Of a stretch of DNA of 64,000 nt, positions 49,375-61,006 are shown in pieces. The position numbers and the translations under genes are program-made. Numbering within the stretch: the first letter of the stretch is position 1; each line of letters opens with the position of its first letter. Source of the DNA: Novakomyces olei (lineage: Eukaryota); NCBI GenBank assembly GCA_016906335.1, contig JADEYG010000003.1, forward strand, positions 1,240,001 through 1,304,000, written 5' to 3'. The notes beneath the pieces are model-generated. The model saw only the letters and a program-made list of their open reading frames with translations, did not search any database and had not been told where the DNA came from.

Positions 49375-50424
49375 ATGTTGACGATGACAGACTCTGATTC
49401 AGAGTCGGAGACTGGCAGTGAAATTGCGCTACAGATGGCTTCTCTCAAATTTGCTCCTATGCAGAATAGTACAATTAACGACTTAAGGCGAAATAGTGAC
49501 TACAAATCGCAGCTGGTCCAGATTGAGCGCACAACAGCTGCAGTTGCTAGAAAAGTTCAGGCTTTAATTGAGCAGCAGTCGGCTGCGCTTGGCGGGGAAA
49601 CAGCTACGCCGGTTGGGGTGATCAGACACGAAATAGGTGTTTGTCTAGAATCTCTCCTCAAATTGGAAGGGAAAAAATTCTCTGTATTATCAAAACGCGT
49701 CCGCGCTTACAATAAACAAATTGCCTCGCTCGATCAAATTGAAAATGATAGAAAACGCAGCCGAAGCCAGCTGCAAGATGTTCAACAAAACAGTGCTGCA
49801 GCAAATGAGAGACGACGGTTATTCGCTTCGCGAGAAAAGCTTTCAGAGCGTATTCGCCTATTGCAGCAAGAGCTGTATAGTTTGGAACAACAAAGGCACC
49901 AATTAGATGTTGGTATAAAGGCCGCCACTGACAGTATAGACGAGGAGAGCCAGAAATACGAGCAAAGTTTGGCCCGATGCAATGCAAAAAGCCAACATAT
50001 AATCTCTAAATTGAGAGGCAACACAGAAGCGTTACCCGCCTCAGAGTCACCTGCTTCGGAATATTCAGTTGCGCAAGCTCAAGTCGAAATGGATGCTTGG
50101 AAGGAGCTTTCGCTAAAGGCAGAGCACGATGTCAGTTCAATAGTGAAAGGTGCAGAGTTATGGCGTTCCGTTCAACATCGACTCAGTGAACTTGAGACTA
50201 AAGTCATCCAAACATTCAGTCGATTAAAAGACACCAAAGTCAATTCATCTGCTCAAAATGAAGTTGTAAACATTCTAAACGGAGAAATCGTATGGTTAGA
50301 CGAGAAACTGGCCGATTGTGAACGCGAGCATTGGACTTTTCTGGCCATCTGCATCACTCAGGAAGCGGAAGCTATTAGAAATGCGGTTTCCCTACTTCAA
50401 TCTCGTGTATCCAAAAGCGAATAG
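49375..50424 (+). CDS. Coiled-coil protein, possibly Atg28-like
   Basis: Long heptad-rich ORF, first ATG at 49375. The C-terminal GAELW and WTFLAICITQEAEA segments resemble fungal Atg28-family proteins as I recall them; not verified. Confidence 0.6.
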   Translation: MLTMTDSDSESETGSEIALQMASLKFAPMQNSTINDLRRNSDYKSQLVQIERTTAAVARKVQALIEQQSAALGGETATPVGVIRHEIGVCLESLLKLEGKKFSVLSKRVRAYNKQIASLDQIENDRKRSRSQLQDVQQNSAAANERRRLFASREKLSERIRLLQQELYSLEQQRHQLDVGIKAATDSIDEESQKYEQSLARCNAKSQHIISKLRGNTEALPASESPASEYSVAQAQVEMDAWKELSLKAEHDVSSIVKGAELWRSVQHRLSELETKVIQTFSRLKDTKVNSSAQNEVVNILNGEIVWLDEKLADCEREHWTFLAICITQEAEAIRNAVSLLQSRVSKSE

Positions 50425-50562
50425 TCTCAAAGATATGTTCAATGATCAATCGGTACTGATAATTCTTAATTATTAATAAATAATCGCTATTAATAATTAC
50501 TAATTGATCGATAATTTTACATTTGTTCGTACGTTTGTTCATTCAACCTGCACAGCAATGGC

Positions 50563-52927
50563 TTAGTCGAGCTTGCTCAGTAATACGGGCGCTACCCGTT
50601 TCTTTTTCGGTTGGAAATGATCAGAAGAAGCATCAAAGCCGTCAGTTTTGCCTTGGCCCTCTTGACCATCGACAGGCTTTGTTTCCGTTTTTCTTACACA
50701 AGTTTCCTCCTGCTCCCCTTCACTCGTTCCTCTTCCAATTTGCTCCTTGGTCGCCCCTTCAGCCCAATCCTTCTTGGCTCCATCCTCCAAAGTCGAGGAC
50801 AGTTTCCGTTTCACGCTCACCGGTGATCCATCGGCCGTAAGGGTTCGAGCATCGGGCTGTACAGTACGACCGCTTGGAAGGCTGGGGCTGGCCGATGCTG
50901 TGCTCACAACAATCGGACTCGGCCCACGCGCACTCCGCGCATTTGATTGTGGTTCTGCCTGAAGCTTAGATTGCAGCCCTGACTGAGCAGTTGGTGATCC
51001 AATCTCAATCGCGGTGGAACCCGGGTTTGAAGCGAGTGCTGATGTACTTTTCCCCGAATTTAAAGCATTTTTATCTATTGGGAAAGACGAGACAGCGTGG
51101 CGTGGCCCTAACGCCTCGCCCAGCTCGTTCCTGTCAAATTGTAATACAGAACAAAAGCCATCGGTGGAGGCCATGAGCAGTGTTTGGCCATCGTCTGACC
51201 AGCTAAGATCAGTAAAAGTTGCATAGTGCAAATTGGAAACACAGCAAAGCGGGTGCTTTTGCTGTGTATCGTACACATAAACAGCATCCTGAGTAGCCAC
51301 AGCAAAGATCATTCTGTACGGCAGAGCAAAGGCGTTTTGCTCTGCAGTTTGGCTCAGTTCATTGGGCTCATTATAAAAGCTTTCTCCGGCAGGTAAAGTT
51401 GTCAGACTTGAGTCTGCATTAGCCGTGTCGATAGTCATGTGCTTTGTTGCGCCATTGGCTCCCGATTTGTCCACGAGTTTGTAGAAAATGGGCGACCATT
51501 TGACTGCAATTGATGCCTTTTTATGCCCAGGCAAATAAGCCACAGGAGACTTGTTGAGCCCCGCCCGTGTGTATATATATACAGTGTTTAATGTTTCATC
51601 TCGCTTGTCGCTTATTATATGCCGGTACTGGCCAGCGGGCACGAGCAGCAGGCTTCCGTCCGGAGAAAACTCGAGTCGACGGAAAAACGAGATTAGTGTC
51701 TCATTGTGGTAGAGCCCCATGGACTTTGGCAAATGTGGTTTAGGGCTCTCAAAAGGTTTTATCGCTGGTAAGGGCAGACAAGGTGAGGGAGAAAGGCTCC
51801 TGCCCCGGGCAGTTAGACTCGGTGAACTTGTGAAAGAAGACCTCCGGCTGTGAGGCACAACTGATGGAGGGTTCATAGAGGCCGTCATTGAATTCGGGGT
51901 TCCCGGGGCCGAGGGCACTGGAGACCCGGCAGATTGAGCAGCTTCGAGGCCAGGTTTTTCAGGCTGAGGAGTCAAAAGTGCCGAAGGGTTTGAGAATTGT
52001 GTCGGCGCATGAGTCGTCTGCTTTTTCGTTGGTAAATCAATCCGTGAAGAACGTGCGTGCTGTGCAAGTGTAAAAGTGCCGTCTTTTGTGCGTAATGAAT
52101 ATATATGTACAGATCTGTCGCTGCTTTGAGTCGCAATAAACTCGTTCAAAGGATCCCAAGTGACTCCTTGAACATAGTGATTATGCTCGGCGATCTGCCG
52201 CATTAGCTGGCCTAAAAGTTAGAACAGATTAGACGGAAATCGACAAGGCTGATACAACAGTATTTAAGCAAGTGCATACCATCTCTAGCATCGTAGATGC
52301 GGGCAATATTGTCCATTGACCCTGTCAGAATGTAATTGCCGTCTGGTGACCAGGCCAAGTCGTATATTTCTGATCCCATGGACCTGCACATTGACTTGCA
52401 CCTCCAAAATTCAGTATCAAGCTCATTCGTTTCGTGTCCTAATGCCGTATCTTTTGAGTCACTCGCGACCCATATAAGAACATTGCCGTCATCCCCGGCC
52501 GTAGCCAGCATATCCCCTGTCAAGCGTCAGAATGAAGACAAAACCAATAGATTAATAAAGCAATTGTACCAATTGTTGGGACAACAATTGATCCAGGGTT
52601 AGCATTAAACAATCAATTCATAAGCGTAATCCTGCAAAGAGCGAGATGCCAATTAACAATACCTTTTGGTGAGAACCGTACTACATTAACTGCTTGTGTA
52701 TGGCGTCCAAGGGTGGCAAGGTATCGTACTGTAGGAGGCCCGCCATCCGGTTCTTGCAGTCTCCAGATCTGATAGCGATTAGTACTAGACTAACAAGTGC
52801 ATACCCTTATGTTATTATCACCACCTCCCGTAGCAAATCGCAAATTTCCGTGGCCCTGAAAATTCACTGAATAAACTGGCGCATTGTCTTGATGCCAGTG
52901 TATTTGCAGTGCATTTGCATGCGGCAT
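50563..52927 (-). CDS. pcf2: Chromatin assembly factor 1 p60 subunit (Cac2/Pcf2); 4 exons
   Basis: LQIHWH..APVYS, ATGGGDN, HTQAVNVVRFSP, EIYDLAWSPD, HNHYVQGVTWDP, FFRRLEFSPDG, LPYRMIFAVAT, and C-terminal B-domain-like KKKRVAP. Confidence 0.93.
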
Positions 52928-53209
52928 TGTGGTCGTTTGTAAGGACGTGGTATGTGTCGAAGCACAATAAATAGCAATTATTATACATCTAAAGTTATTA
53001 ATGGGCTCTGTTTATGCTTGATTTATTTTAATACATAAAAATATTATAATATTATACTGTAAGTCGGGTTTAATTTCATTCGCACAATTCATAGGTTAAA
53101 AGTCGCCTTGTTGGCAAATGTTATACTTTGCAAATGTATACTCTACTTTTTATATCAATATCAATATCAAAATCAATTTATTATTTTGCTTTATTGGCTA
53201 TAATATTAT

Positions 53210-53945
53210 ACGGGCCTGCAACGCCATTACTGCCACGGCAAAGATGGCCAAACCTTTCTGAATTTTGTGAGAGCAATGACTCTGTAACCTTTGGGCAAAT
53301 GGGAACGGGAGGAAAAGTGCTATTGCTGGACAATACGCTAAGTACCACGGTACCGGCTCCATTATACGCAAAGTCTGTATTTGTGGGGGATCCTGTCTTT
53401 GTGGAGGCCAACGAGCCATGGACCCTAAGCCGGGGATACGTACTATGGCTGCTTATGGTCGAGAACCACAGTGTATATCACAATTTATTCGACTTAAATT
53501 TAATAGCAATACATAGGGCGAAACTCTTACGACTTACAAGCGGTACTCGGATTTTCTACGGTTGGAGCGAGCTTTGGAACGGAAATTCCCTTCTGCTTGT
53601 TTGAGTATGCCACGGCTACCACCAAAATCATCGCTAGGTAAACTCCATCTTTTTCTTGTTTTATTAATTATTTATTCCTGTTCCATGTTATATAGGAAAC
53701 TTTTCTTTGCTTGTTTCCATCAGTTTATGTCTGATTCACAATCTCCAATGCCACTCACAGTTGGCTGACGACCAAGCCAATCATACAGAGGACGCGCTTG
53801 AAGGGCGACGTAAAGGCCTTACAGTATTCTTGCGCTGGGTGCTTATGCACCCGGATCTAGGCTGCAGGTACGTTTATCTTATTCTATGGAAAAGCACGAC
53901 TGACTTGACAGCCATATTGTAATGGACTGGTGGGCTGCGAGTTGA
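53210..53945 (+). CDS. PX-domain protein, Ypt35-like; at least 4 exons, start uncertain
   Basis: Spliced: LYAKSVFVGD..YVLW...-GETLTTYKRYSDFLRL...PRLPPKS-...LEGRRKGLTVFLRWVLMHPDLGC-SHIVMDWW*. Shows PX hallmarks RYSDF, PxLPPK and RR.GL. Confidence 0.75.
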
Positions 53946-54591
53946 GCACAGTCGCTCGTTGCTGATGACAAGTGGAAAGAGATCTCAAATTCAAACATAG
54001 TTTCTGACCATAGATCAGACCGGTTTAGAATGAAGCGGCCAAGACAATAGCGTGCACGGGTGTCTGGATGGGCTAACGGCGTAGGGTACGAATTTCTTGT
54101 TTGATGAAGGCGTTTTTTGTGACCTTTTAATGCCACTCTAGACACATCATTGTAATTGCAACCAATTGCACACTTAGAACTGTACTTTTGGAGATTCGTA
54201 TAAACAGCCGAGATGGAGAAACTGCCTTTGTATAGCCTATTTAGATTGCCAATTCAGACAACGTCACGCAAGCCGTTGCATGCAATTAATTAATAGGATT
54301 ATGCCATAGAATTGCAATGGTTACAGTACCGATCTTGAAATAGTCAGCACCGTTATCAAACACTTTTCTTCTACGCTAAAGATTGTAAATCAATTATAGA
54401 TATTAAATTATTATTTCGCCATATATACTTTTGCGCCACTGTACTTTTTTATGATATACGTGGAGGTCTATATAATCATTGCGTATAGCAAAACCCCTAT
54501 AAAAAATACACTTTTATTCTCGCGTGTGGCACGCGTGGATAAGCCAAGCACGGAGCCGTGAAAGTGAAAGCACTCTGACTCCAGTGCCACT

Positions 54592-56256
54592 ATGCCGGTA
54601 GATTTGGAATACTATCAATTGCTGGAAATTCCGCCCGATGCGGATGGCGCTCTTATCAAGAAATCTTATCGGCGTTTGGCTATAAAGTATCATCCGGACA
54701 AGAATCCCGACAACACGCAGGAAGCAGCTGAGCATTTCCAAAAGGTATGCGCCTTGTAGTTTTGGCTTTGCTCATTCTAAACGGAACAGATCAGCGAGGC
54801 GTATCAGGTTCTAAGTAGTCCGGACTTGCGTAGTAAATACGACAAGTATGGGAAAGACAAGGCAGTGCCGGAGAAGGGCTTTGGTAGGTTTATGGCAAGT
54901 ATCATTCATACTAACGCTATTAGAGGACGCATCAGATTTTTTCAGCACGCTTTTTGGTGGAGATGCGTTTAAGGATATGTATGTCATTTACATTTGTTTC
55001 TTCCTTTGTTCTTTGGGTTTGACGTTGGTTGGTTGGTTGGTTGAATTCGTTATGTCGAGATTCCGAGTGCTCACTGCTCTACTCGTCTGATTCATAATGC
55101 TTTTTGATTGAACAACTATTGATTGTATCGCTACACGCGCATTTGGAAGCTAATTTGTTTATAATATCCTCTGCTTCTTTTATATTATTTATTTCACCTG
55201 TACTTCTACGTTTCACTAGCTCTTTGGATTTTTTTTCCTACTTCATCTTTTTCAATATGCTTCTTTATTTTATCTTCATTCTTTTGGATATTTTCTTTCT
55301 TTACTGACCATCGTTACAGAATCGGTGAGATTGCTTTAGCACAGGATATCGCAAAGGCTACAGAGATGGCAGAGGAATCGAGCAAAGAAGGCGAAACGGA
55401 CGGACCACCTAGACCAGAGCAGTACCAGCGCAATCAAATAACGTCAGGCGAGGACGATGAAATGAGCAAAGCTGGAATGAAGGATCAAGAGAAACAGTTG
55501 AGAAAGCAGGAAAAGAAGAAGGGCCGTCTTACAAAGGAGCAAATGGCAGAGCTACGAGCGTACGAGGAAGAGCGATCCGCTAAACGAAAAGAACGAGTTG
55601 AGTATTTAACTAAAACTTTGACAGACAAAGTTTCAGTTTATACGGAGGCAGAACAGTCTCCAGAGCTGACAGAGGCCTTTAAGGAAAAGATTCGTATTGA
55701 GGCGGAAAACTTAAAGTACGAGTCGTTTGGTGTAGAAATCTTGCATGCTGTAGGAGCTTGCTATATTCAGAAAGCAACCATGTTTCTAAAATCGCAAAAG
55801 CTTTTTGGCATGGGTGGTTTTGTCTCCAAAATGAAGGAGAAAGGAGGAATCGTGAAAGATACTTGGAACACTATTTCATCGGCTCTGGACGTGCATCAGT
55901 CAGCAGAGGAATTGGCCAAGTTGGAAGAGCAAGGCGGTGAAGACTGGACCCCCGAACGTAAAGCTGAGCTAGAGCGTGAGATTTCTGGTAAAATGATCTT
56001 GGCGTGCTGGCGCACTACCAAACTCGAGTTTCAGGATGTATTACGCGAAGTCTGTAATCGCGTATTGGACCCCGCTCTGCCGAAACAGAAACGTATTCAA
56101 CGTGCAAATGCTCTAATTATTATTGGTCTCATTTACCGAGAGGTTGTCCCTGATGATGATGACCAGTCACGGGTGTTTGCGGAACTCATGGCTGAAATTC
56201 AACGGAAAAAGAAAAAGAGTAAACATGAGCACAAGTCGAAGCCGAGCACCAGCTGA
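54592..56256 (+). CDS. DnaJ protein with DnaJ-X domain (Caj1/Djp1 type); 4 exons
   Basis: EYYQLL...SYRRLAIKYHPDKNP, ISEAYQVLS..LRSKYDKYG, FGGDAFKDIIGE and LKYESFGVEILH. Confidence 0.9.
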
Positions 56257-57149
56257 GCCACAGGATATTAAGAGCAAACTCAGTCTTAGACTCGGCCGGT
56301 ACTGGACTTTGTTCGCTCAATATTTAGAATTTCTGTTGGGCTTTGCAGGATTATTTTCTGCCGGTGACTTTAGCGTTAGAGTATGCACGTCGTGTGGCTG
56401 CGCCAGCACATAGAGTGGGCGTCCAGCGTTTCTGGAATTGTAATTTTCTAGAATTATTCTTACATTTTGTCTTTTAAATTTCCATTTATCATTTTTCCTA
56501 CCATATTTCTTTCCTTTTATTCTTTTAATCATTCATTCACTCATTTATTTATTCGTTTACTCTATAATATGTTTGTTTTGCCTGTTTCAAAGCCCATTTA
56601 CTCCTGCGAGTACCATAGCTTAATCTCGGCGTTTAGACAATTGCCTTTATTTGTATCCTAGTAGCCATCTAATTAAATGGTAGGTTTCTAGGTGTATTGG
56701 GTACAACGGTCCATTCTAAAAGCGCGTCTTTAAATATTGTTCGGAATTAGAGCGTCAATATGGTATTAAACGAAACAGTTAATTTTACTATCACCTCGAG
56801 CCACGAATACTCTACATAATAAATTAGTAAATTAATAAATTAATAAATAAAATACATCGTATTGCATTTGTCTGTATGGATTATCATGCAACTACTGTGA
56901 GCTGTACGCGCGGACTTTAGCGTTTCGTATAACATCAGTCCAATCGGTTTTACCTCAAATCACGTCGCGCGCATTAAATGCTTCAAAATCAATTGGTCAT
57001 CTCTGTCACATCGTTTTGGAAACTATACTAAAAAGGTGTATAAAAGCCATTGGAGCCGTATATTGTATAGTGCGTATATTATCGTTCAACTCAAGCAATC
57101 TAATTATATGTTTTAAATTATTTTCAGCTATTTAATCAATTAACCCCTA

Positions 57150-57220
57150 CTGTTTACGCGACGCGATCCGTTCTCCATATAATAATAAGCTCAGCTAAAA
57201 CTGATGCGTGTACGCGTGTA
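57150..57220 (+). promoter_or_regulatory. MCB-like ACGCG/ACGCGT cluster upstream of msh6
   Basis: ACGCGACGCG at about 57156 and ACGCGT at 57212-57217. MBF control of MSH6 through MCB elements is known in budding yeast. Confidence 0.5.
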
Positions 57221-57230
57221 AACTGCCGCC

Positions 57231-60200
57231 ATGTCAAAGCAGAAGCAGCAGACGCTGCTCAGCTTCTTCACAACTCCAGTCAAATCAAAGGAGAAAGCCG
57301 TTAAACTTCAGAGCAATGGTCTAGTAACCCCAGTCTCAAGCAGCAGCAATACTGGCACTGGCAGCGGCAGTGGCGGTGGCAGTAAGTTGAAGGCAGTAAA
57401 GGAGCAGCAGGATGCGTCTTCGCCCGCAGCAGAGGGCGAAACACCGCCTGCTTCGTCTCCGAGTGAAGGGTCTTCACGAAGGCGTAAAGCAGTTTCGTAC
57501 AAGGAAGAATCAGATGAAGAAGAGATGATTGTGAAGAGTAAGAAGGGCCTTTATTTTTAAGTATTCTAGTCTATTTATTTCTTTATTATTATTTTGAGAT
57601 TAGATCCGTTCTTTTGCCTTGTTTCCCAAGTCTGACAACGCAACGCGAATACTAAACGTTGTAGCCAAACGTCGCCGAACACGTATTGGAGGCGATAGTG
57701 ACGATGAAGACGTTTTTGTTCCGCCAACAGACGCGGCAGACGACGCTAAAGAGTCTGAAAGCGAAAAGGAGGAAGATGACATTTTAGCGGATATGGACAA
57801 GCAAGACGAGAAGCCAGGATCTCGCAGAAAAGGAACTCTTGCAGGTTTTGTGAATGGAGCCAGTTTTGCTGATGAAAACACCCATTCGCCCTCAACAGTG
57901 ACAAAGAAAACTTCAGTGGCCACTTTATCCCTCACCGGCGATGAGAGACGAGCACAGAAAGCCAAAAAGTTCAAAGAGGCAAACGAAGACCGGTACTCTT
58001 GGCTTTTGGATATACGTGACGCAGAGCGTCGGCGACCAGAGGATCCAGGCTATGATCCTCGAACACTGTATATCCCCAAATCAGCTTATGCGGACATGAA
58101 ACCGTTTGAAAGACAATTTTGGGACATAAAGCGCAACTGCTGGGATACGATCTTATTTTTCCAGAAAGGCAAATTCTATGAGCTGTACGAGAACGATGCC
58201 ACTCTAGGCCATCAACTGTTTGATCTTAAACTAACGGATCGTGTTAATATGAGAATGGTGGGAGTTCCAGAATCCGGTTTTGAGCACTGGGCCAGTCAGT
58301 TTGTCGCCCGTGGTTTCAAAGTAGCGCGTGTCGATCAAATGGAGACGGCACTGGGTAAAGAGATGAATGATCGGGGCACAAAAACACCCGGCTCTTCTGC
58401 TGAAAAGGTCGTACGTCGTGAGCTGACCCAGGTGCTGACAAACGGCACCTTGGTGGACGAGCGTATGATTACAAGTGACCTGGGTACTTATTGTATGGCT
58501 CTGAAAGAGTATTGCCCCTCTGAATTTGCTGAGCCAGAGTTTGGTGCCTGCTGGGTCGATACCAGTACTGGCGAGTTTCAGATTTGCTGGTTCAAAGATG
58601 ATTACTCCCGTACTAAACTAGACACTTTGATTGCTCAGATCCAGCCCAAAGAACTGTTGCTGGAGAAGGGCGTTATTAGCCCGACGACGGTGAGAATACT
58701 AAAACGAATTGTCAACCCGTCGAGCTTATGGACTTTTATTACGGCCCAGAAAGAATTTTGGGACGAGTACAAGACGGAAAAGCATTATGCTTCTGCCGGA
58801 TACTTTGACAATTCGACCATGCCTGAGGCTATTGAAGCAGCCTCACGAAACGGCCTGGCCATGTCGGCCCTTGGTGCGCTAACTTGTTATCTGCATTACC
58901 TTAAAATTGACCGTGAATTAATTACTATGGGCAACTTTCACGTGTACGATATGCACCAGAAGGCCAGCTGCCTAATTCTCAATGGCCAAACACTGAAAAA
59001 CTTGGAAATTTTCTCGAACTCTGTTGACGGAGGGCAGCAAGGTACACTTTTTGCCCTGCTATGTCGCTGTGTAACTCCCTTTGGTAAACGGCTCTTCCGC
59101 TCATGGATGTGCCATCCATTGTATCATATTAAAGACATTAATAGCCGGCTGGATGCGGTTGAAGCAATAAACTCTGACCCCTCGGGATTTGAGGCGTTCA
59201 TCCAGTTTTTTGAAAGGCTGCCTGACCTTGAGCGAATGATCAGTCGCGTGCACGCAGGCCGTTGCAAGCCCAAAGACTTTGTTCGTGTTCTGGAAGGCTT
59301 TAAGCGGATTGCTAGATCGCTAGATCAATTGAGTGGGCGTGAAGGCTGGAGCACGGGAATGCTTGGTACCCTGTTACTGAACAGGCCCTACTTACAAGAG
59401 ACACTGGCTCATTGGGAGAATGCTTTCAGCTGGAAACTAGCCAAGGAAGATAATGTTCTTGCTCCAGAGCAAGGTGTCGAACTGGATTTCGATGAATCAG
59501 CGTCGCAGATTCAGAGTGTTGAGCAGGAACTGCAAGAGATGTTGAAGGGTTACAGGCGCAAATTAAACTGCCGTGACCTTTGCTTCAAGGCGGTAGGGAA
59601 AGAAATATACCAGGTCGAAGTGCCCAAGTCGTTAAAGTCCAAAGTGCCCGCTAATTGGGCCCGTTTGTCTGGGACTACAAAATTTGATAGGTACTGGCCA
59701 CCGGAACTGAGACTCAAAATCCGAGAGCTGCAAGAACTGCAAGAGACACACAATCAAATCTCCAAAGAACTCGAGGGCAGATTTTACAAACGCTTTGATG
59801 AAAAGTACGACGAGTGGCGCACAACTATTAGAATAGTTGCTGAGCTAGACTGCCTTGTAAGCTTGGCCAGAGCGTCTGCAAGTCTGGGCGACTGCTGCCG
59901 GCCAGAGCTGGTGGAGGATACGAGAAGCGTCATAGAGTTCAAGGGCCTTCGGCACCCTTGTCTGAGTCTGGACGTGGTGGCAGAATTTATACCGAACGAT
60001 GTAAGTTTGGGCGGCAGTAATGCCTCTCTCATACTACTGACGGGACCCAATATGGCGGGAAAATCAACGCTTTTACGTCAGACTTGTATCGCTGTGCTAA
60101 TGGCCCAGTTGGGCTGTTATGTTCCGGCTTCGGGAGCCCGTTTGACCCCCGTTGATAGTATTAAAAGCCGGTTAGGTGCTCAGGATAACATTTTTGCTTC

Positions 60201-60759
60201 TCATTCGACTTTTATGGTCGAGTTGACAGAGACAAAGAAGCTGATGGAGGAGGCGACTCCACGGTCACTTGTTATACTGGACGAGCTGGGCCGTGGCACT
60301 AGTACATTTGACGGAGCAGCAATTGCCTTTGCGACTCTTCATTACCTGGCTAATTTTGTGGGAGCACTTGGCTTCTTTTCCACGCACTACAATTCTCTGG
60401 CTGACGAGTTCAAGGGCAATCCAGAGATTGCCCTGAAGAACATGTCTGCCCTTGTTGACGATGCCAAGCGGCGCGTTACATTTTTATATAAACTAGTAGA
60501 CGGAGTTTGCTCCTCCAGCCACGGGATGAATGTTGCAGCTATGGCGGGTATTCCTCACAGCGTAATCGACGTGGCGGAAAAGCAGGCTGAAGCCTTTGAG
60601 AGGGCTTCTACTGAACGGCGCTTGCGCATGAAGGGCGGCCATAACGTCTCCTATATCGGTATGCTGACGGACTTTAAATGGCTCGCTTCACAGCACGAAT
60701 GTTCGGCTCATGATGAGTTTGTTGCTGAGCGATTAAGCAGAATAGACGTTCCCCTCTGA
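57231..60759 (+). CDS. msh6: Mismatch repair protein Msh6; intron 57538-57664
   Basis: N-terminal PIP box QQTLLSFF, YDPRTLYIP, mismatch-binding FFQKGKFYELYE, GPNMAGKST and DELGRGTST. Confidence 0.96.
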
Positions 60760-61006
60760 ATGCTGTTTGTGTTTGCACAAAACAGCTACATAGTGCAGTC
60801 TGCCATAACCCTAAAAGCTTGGTATATATATTAGGGTTTAGACATGTTTTGAATATTGGATCTGCCCATATATAATGAATGGCACGTAGGCGCACGCATA
60901 CATAGTATATTTATTTCCCCATACGTTATCGCTACTGGCGCGAGCAAACTTGTATATATTACGTATTTCCGAGGTGGTCGTTGATTGTATAATAAAATGT
61001 CTCTAG

